Both the position numbers and the translations under genes were made by a program. A stretch of DNA of 64,000 nt, from the NCBI RefSeq assembly GCF_018977255.1, contig NW_024704743.1:35404001-35468000 (forward strand), given 5' to 3'. How positions within the stretch are numbered: position 1 is the stretch's first letter; each line of letters begins with the position of its first letter. The stretch is from Callorhinchus milii (Eukaryota). Below the pieces are notes generated by a model that saw only the letters and a list, made by a program, of their open reading frames with translations, was not told where the DNA came from and did not search any database. Positions 51,246 through 64,000 of the stretch are shown one piece after another.

Positions 51246-51590
51246 GAGACTGCCACAGAGGGCCTGGCTCGATTCCGACATTCCATTACCAGGTATGTCA
51301 CCTTGGAGCCAGTTTAGCTCCAAGGAGACCCTGATTACTTCCCGTTCAAGGAGGATAATCACGCAACGAACACCACCCAGGCATTAGTCTTCTTAGTTGC
51401 TTGCTGTAGTCTAGTTCCTGAGCCAGGCAAGTCCGCAGTATTCTAGGGCACTGCGGATGACAGCATAGCCAGCCTGGCTCATCGGCAGGACCTGGAAAAG
51501 CAGACCAGTCACAGAGGCAGGGAATCATTCGACTTAACTCCTGTTAACCCTGCAATCCAAAGCCCTAAAATTTAGGGTGGTCCTAGCTGT
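51246..51590 (+). mobile_element. Unclassified retroposon copy with inverted 5' segment
   Basis: 51246-51360 reads in the same orientation as 49047-49176, whereas 51404-51590 is the reverse complement of about 48870-49045. Confidence 0.75.
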
Positions 51591-52809
51591 GAGATTGTGT
51601 AGGTAAATGTGGCACCCAAGTTGCACACTGTCACAGCAATGTCATACAAATAGCCATGAAATCACTACTCGCCTTATCTTTGGAACTCCCTACCTCAATC
51701 CTCTGCCTCCCCACTCATCTATCTTTAAATCCCACCTGAAAACCCACTTCTTCAACCGCGTCTTTGATTATCTCATCCCCTTTTCCCTTGCTCGGGTGAC
51801 CAACTCCGTCACTGTGAAACTCTCCAAGATGTTTTTCCTCCATGAAGGGTGATATATAAATACAAGTCGTTTGCTGAATAACCAATTTTATTTGGGGAAT
51901 TGTTGGCCAGGACACCTGAAGAAACTTCCTCCTCTTTCAAAGCAGTGCTATATGATATTTAACATCCACCTGAACCGGCAGACAGGATCTTGGTTTAGTA
52001 TCTCATCCGAATGATAGCATCTCTGATGAGTCTCTATTTGCTTCAGAAATGTAAAAAACAACTCACTTAAGTGGACAGATACTTCAAATATACTAGAAAC
52101 TGAAAATGAAGGGAATAAGAACAATTTACCACTAGAATGCCCAGACTGTCAATGTTTCCGCATCAAATATTTCACAGAGAATGAAATCTGTAGATATCTG
52201 GCAAATAAAGGCAACTAAATAACTCATAAGATTTCATGATTGAGTTACAGGATCCTTTCTTCAGATGAAAGAATTTCAGAAGAAAGTTAAAAAGTTTTTT
52301 TTGAAAGAATAAAAAAAACATATATCTTGCTCTATCTATTCATTTTCTCGCAACCAATATTTGAAAGTCTGGTGATGTTTTGCAGCTGCATTAGAGCAGC
52401 CACAACCAGTGCTGCCTTTGGGTCATTCTGGCCATTACAGGGAGGCCATTGCTTTCATTTCAACAATTTCTTTCTATACCAGAGTATCAAGAGACTCATC
52501 TTTCCCAGTAATTCATGCGTGTTCTGAGAATTTTGGAGGTTTTTTTCGTATCTCTCGGACATGACATCTAATATGTTTCAAAAGTAATGTTAAATGCACA
52601 TTTTAAATACAGTACAACATGGTCTGTGGTGAGACAATAAATGTCGACACTTGTGAGACTATACTGAACTCATAGTTACCTAGTTACTTTCATTTGTGCA
52701 AGGATTTTATTCCCCTGAAAATATGCAATTCCGCTATTTTCCCTTTGTTTACTTTTGTACTTTCTGTGGCTGAGGGGATAGAGCTCACAGGCTTTCCCAA
52801 TTTATCTAT

Positions 52810-53398
52810 AACAACAACAAAATTACATTTGTAAAACTCCTTTCATGTCGGGAGGACGTCCCAAGGTGCGGAACAGTCGGAGATCAGTACCTGAGCGTGA
52901 AGGGGCCGGGTTGGGATGAGGGAGTGCACAGAGGTTGGAGGGCAGCTGAAGGCATGATTGAAAAGGAAGGTCTTGAGTCATGCCTTGAAGGAGGCAAGAA
53001 AGGGATCAAAGCAAAGGGATTGTGGGATGGAGTTCCAAAGGGTGGGGGCAAAGAGGCTGAAAGCTCGGCCGCCGATGGTAGGGTGGGTCGGGCGGGAGAC
53101 GTGGAGCAGGCCAGAGACTGGTGAACAGAGGGAGCGGACAGGTTAGCAGGTTAGAGATGTAGGCGGAGGGCAAGGCCATGGAGGGCCTTGAAAGTGAAGA
53201 CGAGGATTTTGAATTCTAAACTTGTGATGAATGCGTGTATGAGGGTTTCAGCGGCCTGAGGCAGTGGTGGTTTCGGGCAATGTTGCGGAGGTGAGGAAGG
53301 CAGAGCGGGTCATAACATGGATGTGGGGGAGAGAGGACAGTTGAGGGTCGAACAAGACACCCAGGTTCCTGACTGGCTTGGTGAGGTGGAGTGTGCAC
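52810..53398 (-). mobile_element. L2 LINE 3' fragment with internal deletions
   Basis: Reverse complement matches 56880-57658; (CAA)n tail at 52810. Confidence 0.9.
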
Positions 53399-53834
53399 CA
53401 CTGAGAGTCTAGGAAGTAGAATCAAGGAAGTAAGACTCAGTTTGGCTCAATTGGAAGCATGTTCGCCTCTGGGTCAAAAGGTTGTAGATTCTTGTCCAGG
53501 CTGATATTTCACTGCAGTGCTGAGGGAGTGCTGCAATGCTGGAGTTGTTGTTTGGTTATAATAATAGTAATAATTTTGCATTTGATATAGTGCTTTATCA
53601 CATCTGTGAGACATCTCAAAGCGTCAGATTCAAGTCAGTATTGTATTGGATGAACGTCAGTATTGTATAAAGCACACTGCAACATAAAAATAGCATTCAT
53701 TGACCAATTTTATCTCAATTCAGGAAAACCTTTTTTAACTCTTGAAGGAACTTGACTCCTTTACCTTCTAATTTTCTATGAGTTCATGAGACAGGTCACT
53801 TTTCAGTGCAGTGCCCATAAGTTTATTATTCATC

Positions 53835-54260
53835 ATAATAATAATAATCCTTGCACTTGATATAGTGCCTTATCACGTCTGCGAGTACGTCTCAAAGCGC
53901 TTCACAGAATATACCGTAAAGTGAATTGACTTTATATTCTGTGGGCGAAACGCAGCACAATTGAAGTGACCAAATTATTATCCAATTTTTTAAAAAAAAA
54001 TTGGAGGGATTATCACCCCGGTTGAAACATAAATAAAGGTCCTGTTTGTTAAAGATCTTGTCTTTTTCTAAAAGAGAATGGATTGAGGGAGAGAGTTCAA
54101 GAGTTTCGGTGCGTAGGGGCTGAAGGCACAGCTGCCGATAGTGGAACGGAGGGGATGAGGAATAAACAGGAGGCCGGAGCCAGTTGAGCGGAGGCAGTGG
54201 GTGGTGGAGTGGGGGGTAAGCAAATCGGATAGGTAGAGATGTGCGAGGGCATAAAGGGAT
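53835..54260 (-). mobile_element. SINE 3' part (53835-54020) adjacent to an L2 fragment (54065-54260)
   Basis: SINE tail motifs; ORF 54068-54301 reads YLSDLLTP...LRSTGSGLL...STIGSCAFSPYAPKLLNSLP. Confidence 0.8.
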
Positions 54261-54769
54261 CTTGATGATAGAAATGGTATTCGTTTGTGCAAGGCAGTCA
54301 CTACACTTGACAGTAATTATTTGTGAAACATTTTAGAAGTTTTGATATGACAAGACATGATTAAAATGCAAGTTTGCTTTCTCTTTTCCCTCTTCTCTTA
54401 TAGAAGCAGTCAGTACTGCCCTTCAAAGTACTGTTGAGATTAGATCCTTGGAGGAATGGGGGATTGAACCTACAAAGCCCTTTGTTTTGCAGATTTGTTT
54501 TTGTTATTATACCGTGCTGTTGGCCATGACATATCTTCTATTTTTACCTCACTGTTTCAAATAGGAATAATGCTGAAATATAAGTTGGACTACACTTCAG
54601 CTATTTGCTTGTTTTAATGATTCCATCTAGGCTAAATAAAATGCCTTGTTTATTCATTTGTGAATGCTGTTTGATATCAGGAACAAAAATATCACTCCCT
54701 TACCTAATGTGTTTTTTTCTCTTCCTTTATCACACTCTGGTGGTTTGACCTGCTGTAGGCGTCGAGTCT

Positions 54770-55100
54770 GCCAAAGTCACAGTAATCAATTTAAAGAAAA
54801 AGGATTTATAACGGGTTTATGAGTAGCCTGGAGGTCTATCTTTTCAGCATAAGAGTCCGTGCACTCATAAGGCGAGCATGTTAAGCATTTTGTGGCTGAT
54901 GTCTTCATTACACACAGTACTTAAGCCATCACTCTTACACTGAAATGATATGCCACTGAGCAGCATATAAAGATATATCATAGCTGTACAGCACGGAGTA
55001 CAATAAAAGCTATATGACAGCCCCATCCGGTTGCATGATCATTAATAGTGCTTTGCCTGATTTGGTGACCCAATGTAACTTTAATTAAAATACAATCAAC
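54770..55100. promoter_or_regulatory. Candidate conserved non-coding element with homeodomain-type motifs
   Basis: Unique sequence containing TAATCAAT, GATTTATAAC, GTTTATGAG, CAATAAAA, TGACAG and TTAATTAA. Confidence 0.3.
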
Positions 55101-56249
55101 ATGCTTTGGAGATCACTGTATAACACCTAAGGCCCAATGCCATTATTAAACCCTCCTACTGCAAGCAGAAAAGGTTTTGTCTCATCTATGCATTCACAGA
55201 TGCAATTCTTTGTGACAGACTGCAAGCTTTCCTACATGTTGATTGTGATTTCTATACTGATCCAATATTGTTTCCGAATAATCCTTGTCGTGTATTTTTG
55301 TAAAGAAGTTAGTTTTTTTGAGGATTTGGAGAATTTGTGAGTTGTGATGGGATATGGGATTTTTTAATAGGCTCCCATGGAAATCCGAGCCTGAGCCCTG
55401 AGATCTGGGTCTATGTGTGTGTTGGAGAAGGAGGAGGAGGTGAAGGAGGGGAGAATAGAGCGGGAGAGAGTATGAACTCTCCTGGGGATTGTATGTATCT
55501 ACTTCTGTGTTATAACATTAGTCAACTCTACTGGAAATAATGAAAAATAACTGAGCTGGATATAGGCAGGAAAGATTTTCATTCCATCATCTGTTCCCCT
55601 CTACGTGTAATTGAAAAAAAAATCAGTCAATACTGAGCATCCTGGCTGTAAAGGTTGCTTCTGGCAGCCCCTGTGCCCATTGTGTACAGGATTTACTAAT
55701 ACAATATAAACTGCTTAGATCAACCATTAACCAGTGGAATCATTTTCTAAACAGATGTTTGGTCCTTGTAGAAGCTTATGTTTACTGTGATCATTTCTCC
55801 ATGTGAAGCCACACAGTGACACAGACCTTTTATTTAACTTGTTAATGGGCTCTAATTTGCAATATCTGTAAACTGGAAACTCATCATTGAATTTGGTTTG
55901 CAACTATTGTATGTAGGATTCATTGCACTCCAAAAATGTGTTCCTTTTAACAATAGTTATCTTCAAACTTTAACCTTCCACCCCCTTCTCCCCTGTTTTT
56001 GCAGCCTCAGTGTTCTCTGGGATAGAGTGCTAAGGAGATGAAAAAATCAGCCTCAGCTCCCATTCCCAGCCCATGTTTCCTTTGGAAAATGTTCATGTAT
56101 GGATATCAGGGAGCCGAAGTTCCTTTGTTTGCTAATTTGCATTGATGTGAGTAGAGAAAGGAGGATTGTAGAGATATTGAACTAACCGATGAGTGGTCCG
56201 TGTTTGGAGATACACTAAGCATTCCTGGCCCTCAGCAACTGGAATAAAA

Positions 56250-56571
56250 ATAATATAATAATAATAATAATCCTTGCATTTGAAATAGCTCTTTTCATGT
56301 CTTCCAGACATCTCAAAGCCCTTCTCAGGATATACTGTAAAATAAATTGACAGTATATTTGTGGGCGAAACGCAGCAGCTAATTGTGCACAGCAGTGTCC
56401 CACAAATAGTCATGGATTGAAATGACCAATTTATTATTGTTCTTTTTTCTTGAGGGATTATTATCAAGCATGTGAAGTAAGGAAACTGGCCCAAGGTTTC
56501 GCCCTGCTGGGAATCAAACCCAGGTCTCTCGCTTGCGAGGCAAGTGCTCTAACCACTGAGTTACAGGACTC
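56250..56571 (-). mobile_element. Young full-length SINE
   Basis: Same architecture as 24393-24714, slightly more diverged. Confidence 0.92.
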
Positions 56572-56879
56572 CTAAAATGGTGAAAAGGGAGAAAAAAATC
56601 CAACATAGTTTGTTGAGGTCTTTTAAAGAAAACTGTTTTCAGGGGTGAAAGATGTTTCACTTCAGCTCAGCCCTGGAGTTAATAAGTAGAACAAAGGCGA
56701 TGTGCTGTGAGTAGGAGGTGAGCATTGAGAGCAACAAAAATTGCAGGATTCCTCTGACTGACAGCACTGATGCAGATATCTTGGCCTATCCATATAGAAG
56801 AGGAGGAGCAAAAAGGCCCCAGAGTGAAAAAGATATAACTAGCTATCAAATTGCAGGAGCTGCTACACAAGGGAGTGTA

Positions 56880-57658
56880 GTGCACACTCAACCTCACTAA
56901 GCCAGTCAGGAACATGGGTGTCTTGTTTGACCTTGAACTGTCCTTTCTCCCCCACATCCGCGCCATGACCGGCACTGCCTACCACCATCGCCGCCACATT
57001 GCCAGACTCCTCCACTGCCTCACCCCTCAGGCTGCCAAAACCCTCACCCACACATTCGTCACATCGGCTCGATTATGGGAACTCCCTCCTCATCGGCCTT
57101 CCCAACTCTTCCCTTCACAAGCTGCAGATCATCCAAAACTCTGCAGCTCATGTACTCTTGCGCAGCAGGCTCTGTGACCCCATCACTCCCACCCTCGCCC
57201 GACTCCATGGCTCCCCATTCCCCAGAGGATCGAGTTCAAGATCCTCGTCCTCACTTTCAAGGCCATCCATGGCCTTGCCCGCTCCTACCTCTCTGACCTG
57301 TTGATTCCCTACCAACCTGCCCGCTTCCTCTGTTCAGCGGGTTCCGGCCTGCTCCATGTCTCCCACTCGACCCACTCTACCATTGGTGGTTGAGCTTTCA
57401 GCCTCTCTGCCCCTACATTCTGGAACTCCATCCCACAATCCCTTCACCTCGCTTACTCCCTTGCCTCCTTCAAGGCCGGTCTCAAACCCCTCCTCTTCGA
57501 TCGTACCTTCAATCGCCCTCCCACCTCTCTGCCTTCCCTCACCCTTACCCCACCCCTCCCCCATGCTCGGGTCCTGACCCCTGACTGTCCAGCGCTTTGG
57601 GACATCCTCCCAACGTGAAGGGTGCTCTATAAATGTAATATTGTTGTTGTTGTTGTTG
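56880..57658 (+). mobile_element. L2 LINE 3' fragment
   Basis: GVLFDLELSFLPHIRAM and [30 protein letters not shown]; (GTT)n tail. Confidence 0.93.
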
Positions 57659-58699
57659 AGTGTGTCCAGCAATGAGCTACCTGGGTGTATGGAGGAGCAG
57701 GACTCCAGGAGATTTAGGCTCTCTAAGGATAATAATATTAATAATAATCTTTGCATTGGATACAGTGCCTCATCATGTCATTGAGACATCTCAGAGCACT
57801 TTATAGGATATACTGTAAAGTGAATTGACTGTATTTATGTGGGCAAAACGGATGGGAGGAACGTGGCTGAGCTTTCTTATCTCATCTATGGAGACCTTCT
57901 AAAGGCCGGTCCACCATTGGACCTGCACTTCCAGTGGTAATATAGATCACTGGTTCCCACAGGGTTTATATCATTGAGGTAGTCCTGGCACTCCTTGGTA
58001 AAATCATAAAGCTATTCAGCACAAATGAAGGTCATTCAACCCTCCTGTTTGTGCCACTTTAGAAAAAGGAGTTTCTTGCTCCCAGTGTCCTGGAAATCGA
58101 TCCACAAAATAAAATTGGATTCACTTCATGACTCTTTGTGGGACATTGCTGTCACAGTCAAAATACACAGTCAATACATTTTATAGTAAATTCTGGGAAG
58201 CACTTTGAGACATCCTGCTGATGTGAAAGAGGCTACATCAAATGTAAGATTGTTATTATATCATTATCTTGGCAGTGAGTGGGTTTGCTGGGTATCACTC
58301 TATTAAGGTAGTACAGCCAGTAGGCCTGCTACTGGTGGGGGGTGCGGCGGTGGGGGGTGGGGTGGAAGACTTGCAGGGACTGACAACTGAAAAGTAATCA
58401 TTGACAAGTGGTAGGATAGCACAGCACATTGTAGCTGTGGTCTCAGGGGAGGTGGTCAGTGCAAACTAGTCACTTCTTCTCCACAGTGAGAGAGAGAAAA
58501 TTGGAGACCGAGTCACACAAGCTGCTCTTACACAAATCTCGGCAGTGCCTGCAGAGCAGCTTTGCCAGACACCTAAAACTGAGACATTTGCCTTCCCTCT
58601 CGGTACCGATGCAATAGGACAAGACTTAAAGGAGAGGAAAAAAGCAATTGTCTAATTTAAAAGCTCCACATGGGGCTCCTTTCATAGCTCAGTGCCATA

Positions 58700-58785
58700 A
58701 ATCTCCAAACATGTGGAACTTTTACTAGTTTGGTTTGGAGACTCTTAAGCATGTTTTATTTTAGCACGTGTCAGACCAAAAAAGA
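58700..58785 (+). mobile_element. 3'-terminal fragment of the unclassified retroposon
   Basis: AGTTTGGTTTGGAGACTCTTAAGCATG...GTGTCAGACCAAAAAAG. Confidence 0.6.
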
Positions 58786-61700
58786 AAAATCATAGCATTG
58801 TGTGTTTCTTCAGGGAAGATCTAAGGTTTGACACTTGTTCTGTACTGAATTGGCTGATCACTAACTCACTAAATAATAAGCACTCTGGAACGCTACTCCG
58901 CATGAAGGGCACTACATAAATGCAAGTTATTGTTGATCTCAGCTGGGTGGAACTAGGAATACTGCAATTGCCTCAATGCCCCCTGGTTTACAGAATGGAA
59001 AATTACTTGTTAATTGTGTCGCCACCTAAATTTGACCAATATCTGTGGAATTGTACCCTAGGAAAAGGAGACAAACATTTTCAAAGTCCTGAAATGACAA
59101 CCATTAAAGCCACTTTATCTTAAAATTTGAGATGTCACAGAATCATGGATCATTTTTCAATTCAGTTTCAATTCAGAAGATATTTTCCAGAGTTCTTAAC
59201 CACAACAACTACAAATTTACATTTATATAACGCCTTTCATTTCCAGAGGACGTCTCAAGGCATTGGGAAATCCGGGGTACTTCAAAAGAATTAATATAAA
59301 AATTAAGACTGAATATTTAAAACTGTCTAGAGTTTTGAGCGATCTTTAACTTTAAGTGAAAAAGGTCAAATTGAAAGAAGATGAGTGAGAGAAAATAAAG
59401 AATTCAATTGCACAGTACAACTTGGGGAACATACAAATCTCAGAATGCAAAGTTGGCCGAATCATTCAGTTATGTGATAAAAATGGGATTATACTGAACT
59501 GAACTATTTGTACCGTAAAGGACATTTCTTCTGCAAATTCCAAAATGGGAAGTCAAAATGCCAAAAAAAATTGTAAAAGGCATTGTGGACAAAAATTGCA
59601 ATAAAGATGTCAAAACAAGGTGCTTCTACATATTAAAATGTTTGACAGGGGAATGTAAGTGCAGATATTCTGAGATAAACACTCATATGTATTCGATCAG
59701 CCTGGCAAATTGTAAGGCATGATTTAACTTGCTGTTCGACTTCCTTGATGGAGCTGTCAAATTACATCGATCTCAGGCTCCCAGTAGTTCTATTTTGAAC
59801 TTGGACAGTAATTACAATATCTGACGGGGAAGGCATTGAGTAGAAGGTGTACAATTGCCCTACATTTGGTTAATAAAGGTTGGTGTGGATCGGATATAGT
59901 CACTCTGTTATCCTGCCTATGCTGTTTAACAGACTGCTGCCATAGATGTGGAATGCATGATGCTGAATATGGAGTTACGTGATTATAATTTGCTTGAGGT
60001 ATTCTGTAACAAATTGCTTAGAAGAAAGGGGTAAGTGGGGTCCAGGCAGAAGCCCCAAAATGTAAGACAAAAATAATAGAAATATTGCAACACATTTTAT
60101 AGGTTAGAAATTTGCAAATTTAATATGTATAATAAAAATAGAAAGGAGAGAGAATAGATAAGAAATGCAGAGAGGGAAAGAAGAGAAAAGAGAAAATAAA
60201 TAGTGTGAAAGAAAAAAAAATCTAAAAGGAATTGAACTTATTATTTAAGTTTTATGGAGCTGATATTACAGTCATGAAGTTTATTAGAATTACATAAATA
60301 TTATAGTACTGAAACAGGGCATTTGACCCACTAGTACGTGTTGTTGTTTATCTTCCACCCCTCCAAATCCCCAATCTCTATTTCACTTACCAATCCCCTC
60401 TCCCTTTCCCCTTCATAATCCCTCTCTGTATCCCCTGTCCTTATCTCCCTACCATGCCGCTCCATTCCCTTCTCCTTCATATATGTATTTCCCTTTTTAA
60501 AAACAAAGCATTGTGATGATTCCCGGTGACTGAATGGCACATATAAGATTCAAGGCTTGGAGATATCAATGGTTGTAGGTAACACCAGTGATCAGTTTCA
60601 TCTTGTGCAAAACAGTCCTTGGCTTGGTAAGTCCTGCATTATTCACATGATTTTTATGTAATGCTGTCCATTTAAAGTCATTGTAATCAAATAACACTGA
60701 CAAAGTCTAATTTGGTTATTGCTTTGTAGTACATTTCCGGGATATTGGACATTCAGGGTATATCATAATACAATTCATTTAAACCTAAAATGGCCATGTA
60801 ACGGGTAAGTGCATCTCACGATGCAATACTGACCAAAAAGGACACAGGTCTGATGACGCCAAATTAGTTGGTCTCAGTGGAGATTTTTATGGAAGCATTA
60901 TAATTTGCCTAATTGTCTCTTCCCTTCTCCATTAGAGAAGGATTTTTTTCCAGTGTCCTAGCCAACAATCCTCCAAATAGAATTTGATTCCATGCTGTTT
61001 GTGGGACATTGCTGTGTGTATCCAGGCTACCACATTCACCTACAAATGACACATTTATTACACTTCACCGTAAATCTTGTGTTCACTTCACTTCACAGTG
61101 AATACTCTGTTCAGATATCATAAGATCACACAAGAGGTTTGGATGAAGAAGGAAGTTTGGCCCATTTGATCTCATCCTTCCAGAATACTCACCATACCGT
61201 CTGTCCTCTCATTACAGCATTCAAGCTCTTTCTTAAATGAGTGCACTGACCTCAACTTCAATTGCAATATTGCTTTCTCAATCCTTTCTAATTTAGAATC
61301 TTATATATCATAAAATACCACTTACGACTGTCCACTTGGTTTTAACTCTTTAGGCGAACATGCTCCACAATTCCTTCCTGTAACACACTGCAGCTTAGAC
61401 GGCAGACCTGCCTTGAGACCTCCACCAGGCCCACTCTGGCCTGCAATTGCACTCCCTCTGTCTCCCTCCGTGGCCCACTTGATATTGGAAACTCAGGGGT
61501 ATGGGAGATTGGAGCTGTGCCTCACCACTCTACAGTGTCACATGCTGTTGTTCCAGCACACTGTGCCACATGAGGTGATTTCATCTTTATACATCCTTTG
61601 ATCTACTTTTGAGTTTAAAGATTCATTACCATTTTGCAACAATAGTTGTCAGAGGTATTGGTTGTTTACAAACATATGATACGATGACCCAAACATGTTT

Positions 61701-61964
61701 GCCCAAACATTATTGCATGATTTGTAGACCATGTAATTTGAAGAAAACTCGGGATCAGTCTTTAGTCTCATTTTCTTTGTCAAACTAAACAACTGCAAAC
61801 ATTACATGAAGATGGTGCTGCTTTAATTACTCAGTTCATCATTTCCCGTAGATCTCAGCAGCAGAAATATCAGAAATGTAGTTAGAATAAATGAATTCAT
61901 CCATTGAAGAAAGATCGATTGTGTGCAATATATGCTGACTACAGCATTTTTTATATATTATGTT

Positions 61965-62395
61965 GCAGGGATGATAGGTTTACTTATGAGGAAAGAGGAG
62001 AACATTCGGCTGTTTTACCTACAACATAGAAGATTGAAAGGAAACCTAAAAGAGGGTTTTAAAATTATGAAGGTTTTGATAATGTAAATGTAGAAAAATT
62101 ATTTTCACCCATCAAGTAAGTCAGTAACTAGAGGATGTAGATTACGGTAGTTAACAAGACAGCAAAAGGAGAGGTTAGGATAATTATTTTGCAGAGAGTT
62201 GTTGGGACACGGAATGTCCTACCTGGAGCTATGGTTGAACTAAAATCCATAACAGCTTTTAAGAAAAAATTCAATATATGAAAGAATGTAGGGAAAAGAC
62301 GGTAAAATGGAACTAAATAGATAGATCTTCAAAAAGCCAGCACCAGAAGCTGTAGCCGATGGCCTCATGTATACTAAATGTCTGTGGTTCCTTGG
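61965..62395 (+). mobile_element. Old CR1 3' fragment
   Basis: Degenerate YEER..LF.L..RRLKGNL..GFKIMKGFDNVN and NYF..RVVGTRNVLP motifs. Confidence 0.7.
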
Positions 62396-62489
62396 TATTT
62401 CTGTGAAGCACTTTGAGACTCTCGAAGACATGATAAGGAGCTATATCAAATGCAAGCATTATTATTATTATTTCATCATTTCCCAAATG

Positions 62490-64000
62490 AAGCCCACCAC
62501 CTGCTCCCTCTCCTAACCTCCCAACTCCACCTTTTTGCTCCCCAACAAACAGACATTGTTAACCTCTCTCTGTCCTCTGGCACAGTTCCCACCCCTTTAA
62601 AAACAGTTGTCATCACTCCCACCCTCAAAAAACCTCCCTTGACCCATCTCAGTTCCCTAACTACCATCCTAACTCCAACTTTCTTTTCCGAGGTCCTGAA
62701 ATGAGTTGTTGTTTCCCAGCTTCGCTCTTTCCTCTCCCGGCACGCTCTGTGTGAACCCATCCAATTCGTTTTCTGTGCTGCTCACAATGCAGAGACTGCC
62801 CTAATCGAAGTCACAAATAACATTCTCTCCATCTGTGACCAGGGTCTCTGCATCTTCATCCTTCTCGATCTCTCTGCTGCTTTTGACACTGTTGACCACT
62901 CTATTTTTCTCAACTACCTCTCCTCTCAGCTCCACCTTCATGGTCCTGTCCTGCCTGGTTTCACTCTTACCTGTCTTTCCCTTTGTCTCCACTTTGTATT
63001 CATTAATGGCTTCTCCTCCAGCCCTCGCATCATCACTTTGGCATTCCTCAGGTCTCTGTCTTTGGTCCTCTCATCTTTAATAATAATAATAATAATAATC
63101 CTTGGATTTGATATAGTGTCTTATCATGTCGTTGAGGCATCTCAAACGCTTCACAAAGTATACTGTAAAGTAGGTTAATTGTGTATTTTGTGGGCGAAAC
63201 GTGGCAGACAATTGCGCACAGAAGTTCCTACAAACAGTTACCCCCGGAAAGCGATTCTCCAATCGACTAACAACTGGGCTCTTACTTACTGCTAGGTAAA
63301 CAGAGACGTGTGCAGTAAGGAAGCTTGCCTATGGTTTCTCCCCACCCAGGGAATCAAACCCAGGTTCTCTCACTTGCAAGGTGAGTGTGCTGACCACTAA
63401 ACTATGGGACTCCACTGCCTAGAGATAGAAAGCATGAGCATAGAAATATCTTCAATACTTACATGCTCATGCTGGATAGTATCATCCGTACGCATGGAAT
63501 TAACTTCCACATGTATCCAGATGACACCCAACTCTATCTCTCTGCCTCCACCCTCGATTCCAAGACCACTGCTGTTCTGACGCTTTGTCTGTCAGACATC
63601 AAGTCCTGGATGAGAGTTAACTTTGTCCTGTTGAATTTTGACCAGACAGAGGCTTTATTGCTTGGCTCCCATCAGTACCTCCACACCTCAGGTACTGCCA
63701 TTATCAATCTAAGAGGATTCACTCTACACTTCACTGAGCCAGTACAGAACCTCAGTATCTTGCTAGACTCTCAACCAACCTTTAAACCCTACATTCATGC
63801 CTTGAGCCGTTTTGCCTTCCTTCTCCTCCGTAAAATTGCTTGCCTCCACTGCTACCCTCAGGCAGCCAAGACCTTCATCCACACTTTCATCATGTCCAGG
63901 CTTTACTACTCCTACTAATAATAATTTTATTATTATTACTATGCTAACTTCCTGCTTGTCGGACTTCCCACCTCTTCCCTCCACAAGTTGTAGATTATTC
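62490..64000 (+). mobile_element. L2 LINE (runs off window), interrupted by a SINE
   Basis: [38 protein letters not shown] (ORF 63463-63918) and HTFIMSRL. Confidence 0.92.
63078..63412 (-). mobile_element. Young SINE, long variant, nested in L2
   Basis: Tail, Deu-like motif, extra block CCCCCGGAAAGCGATTCTCCAATCGACTAACAAC...CTGCTAGGTAAACAG and tRNA head. Confidence 0.9.

Overview
Repeat-rich vertebrate genomic DNA, very probably from a cartilaginous fish. A holocephalan such as Callorhinchus is my best guess, inferred only from the mix of Deu-domain tRNA-SINEs, L2 and CR1 LINEs. A large part of the window is decayed mobile elements: 5'-truncated L2 and CR1 LINEs, two Deu-SINE families, TA-targeting MITEs, and an unclassified hairpin-rich non-coding retroposon present in at least six copies. 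No long intact gene is present, and the recognisable ORFs in the supplied track are LINE/SINE debris. The + strand carries a frame-consistent chain of small putative exons (24 nt, 11 nt, 62 nt, and a terminal exon with stop at 44947) that may be the 3' end of a gene I cannot identify. Also present: a 28S rRNA-derived fragment (26298-26430, minus) and several unique segments with transcription-factor motif clusters (paired RFX X-boxes, Pbx/Meis, Hox-like). No CRISPR or prokaryotic system is visible. Repeat boundaries are approximate, and family names come from remembered consensus sequences, not database searches.
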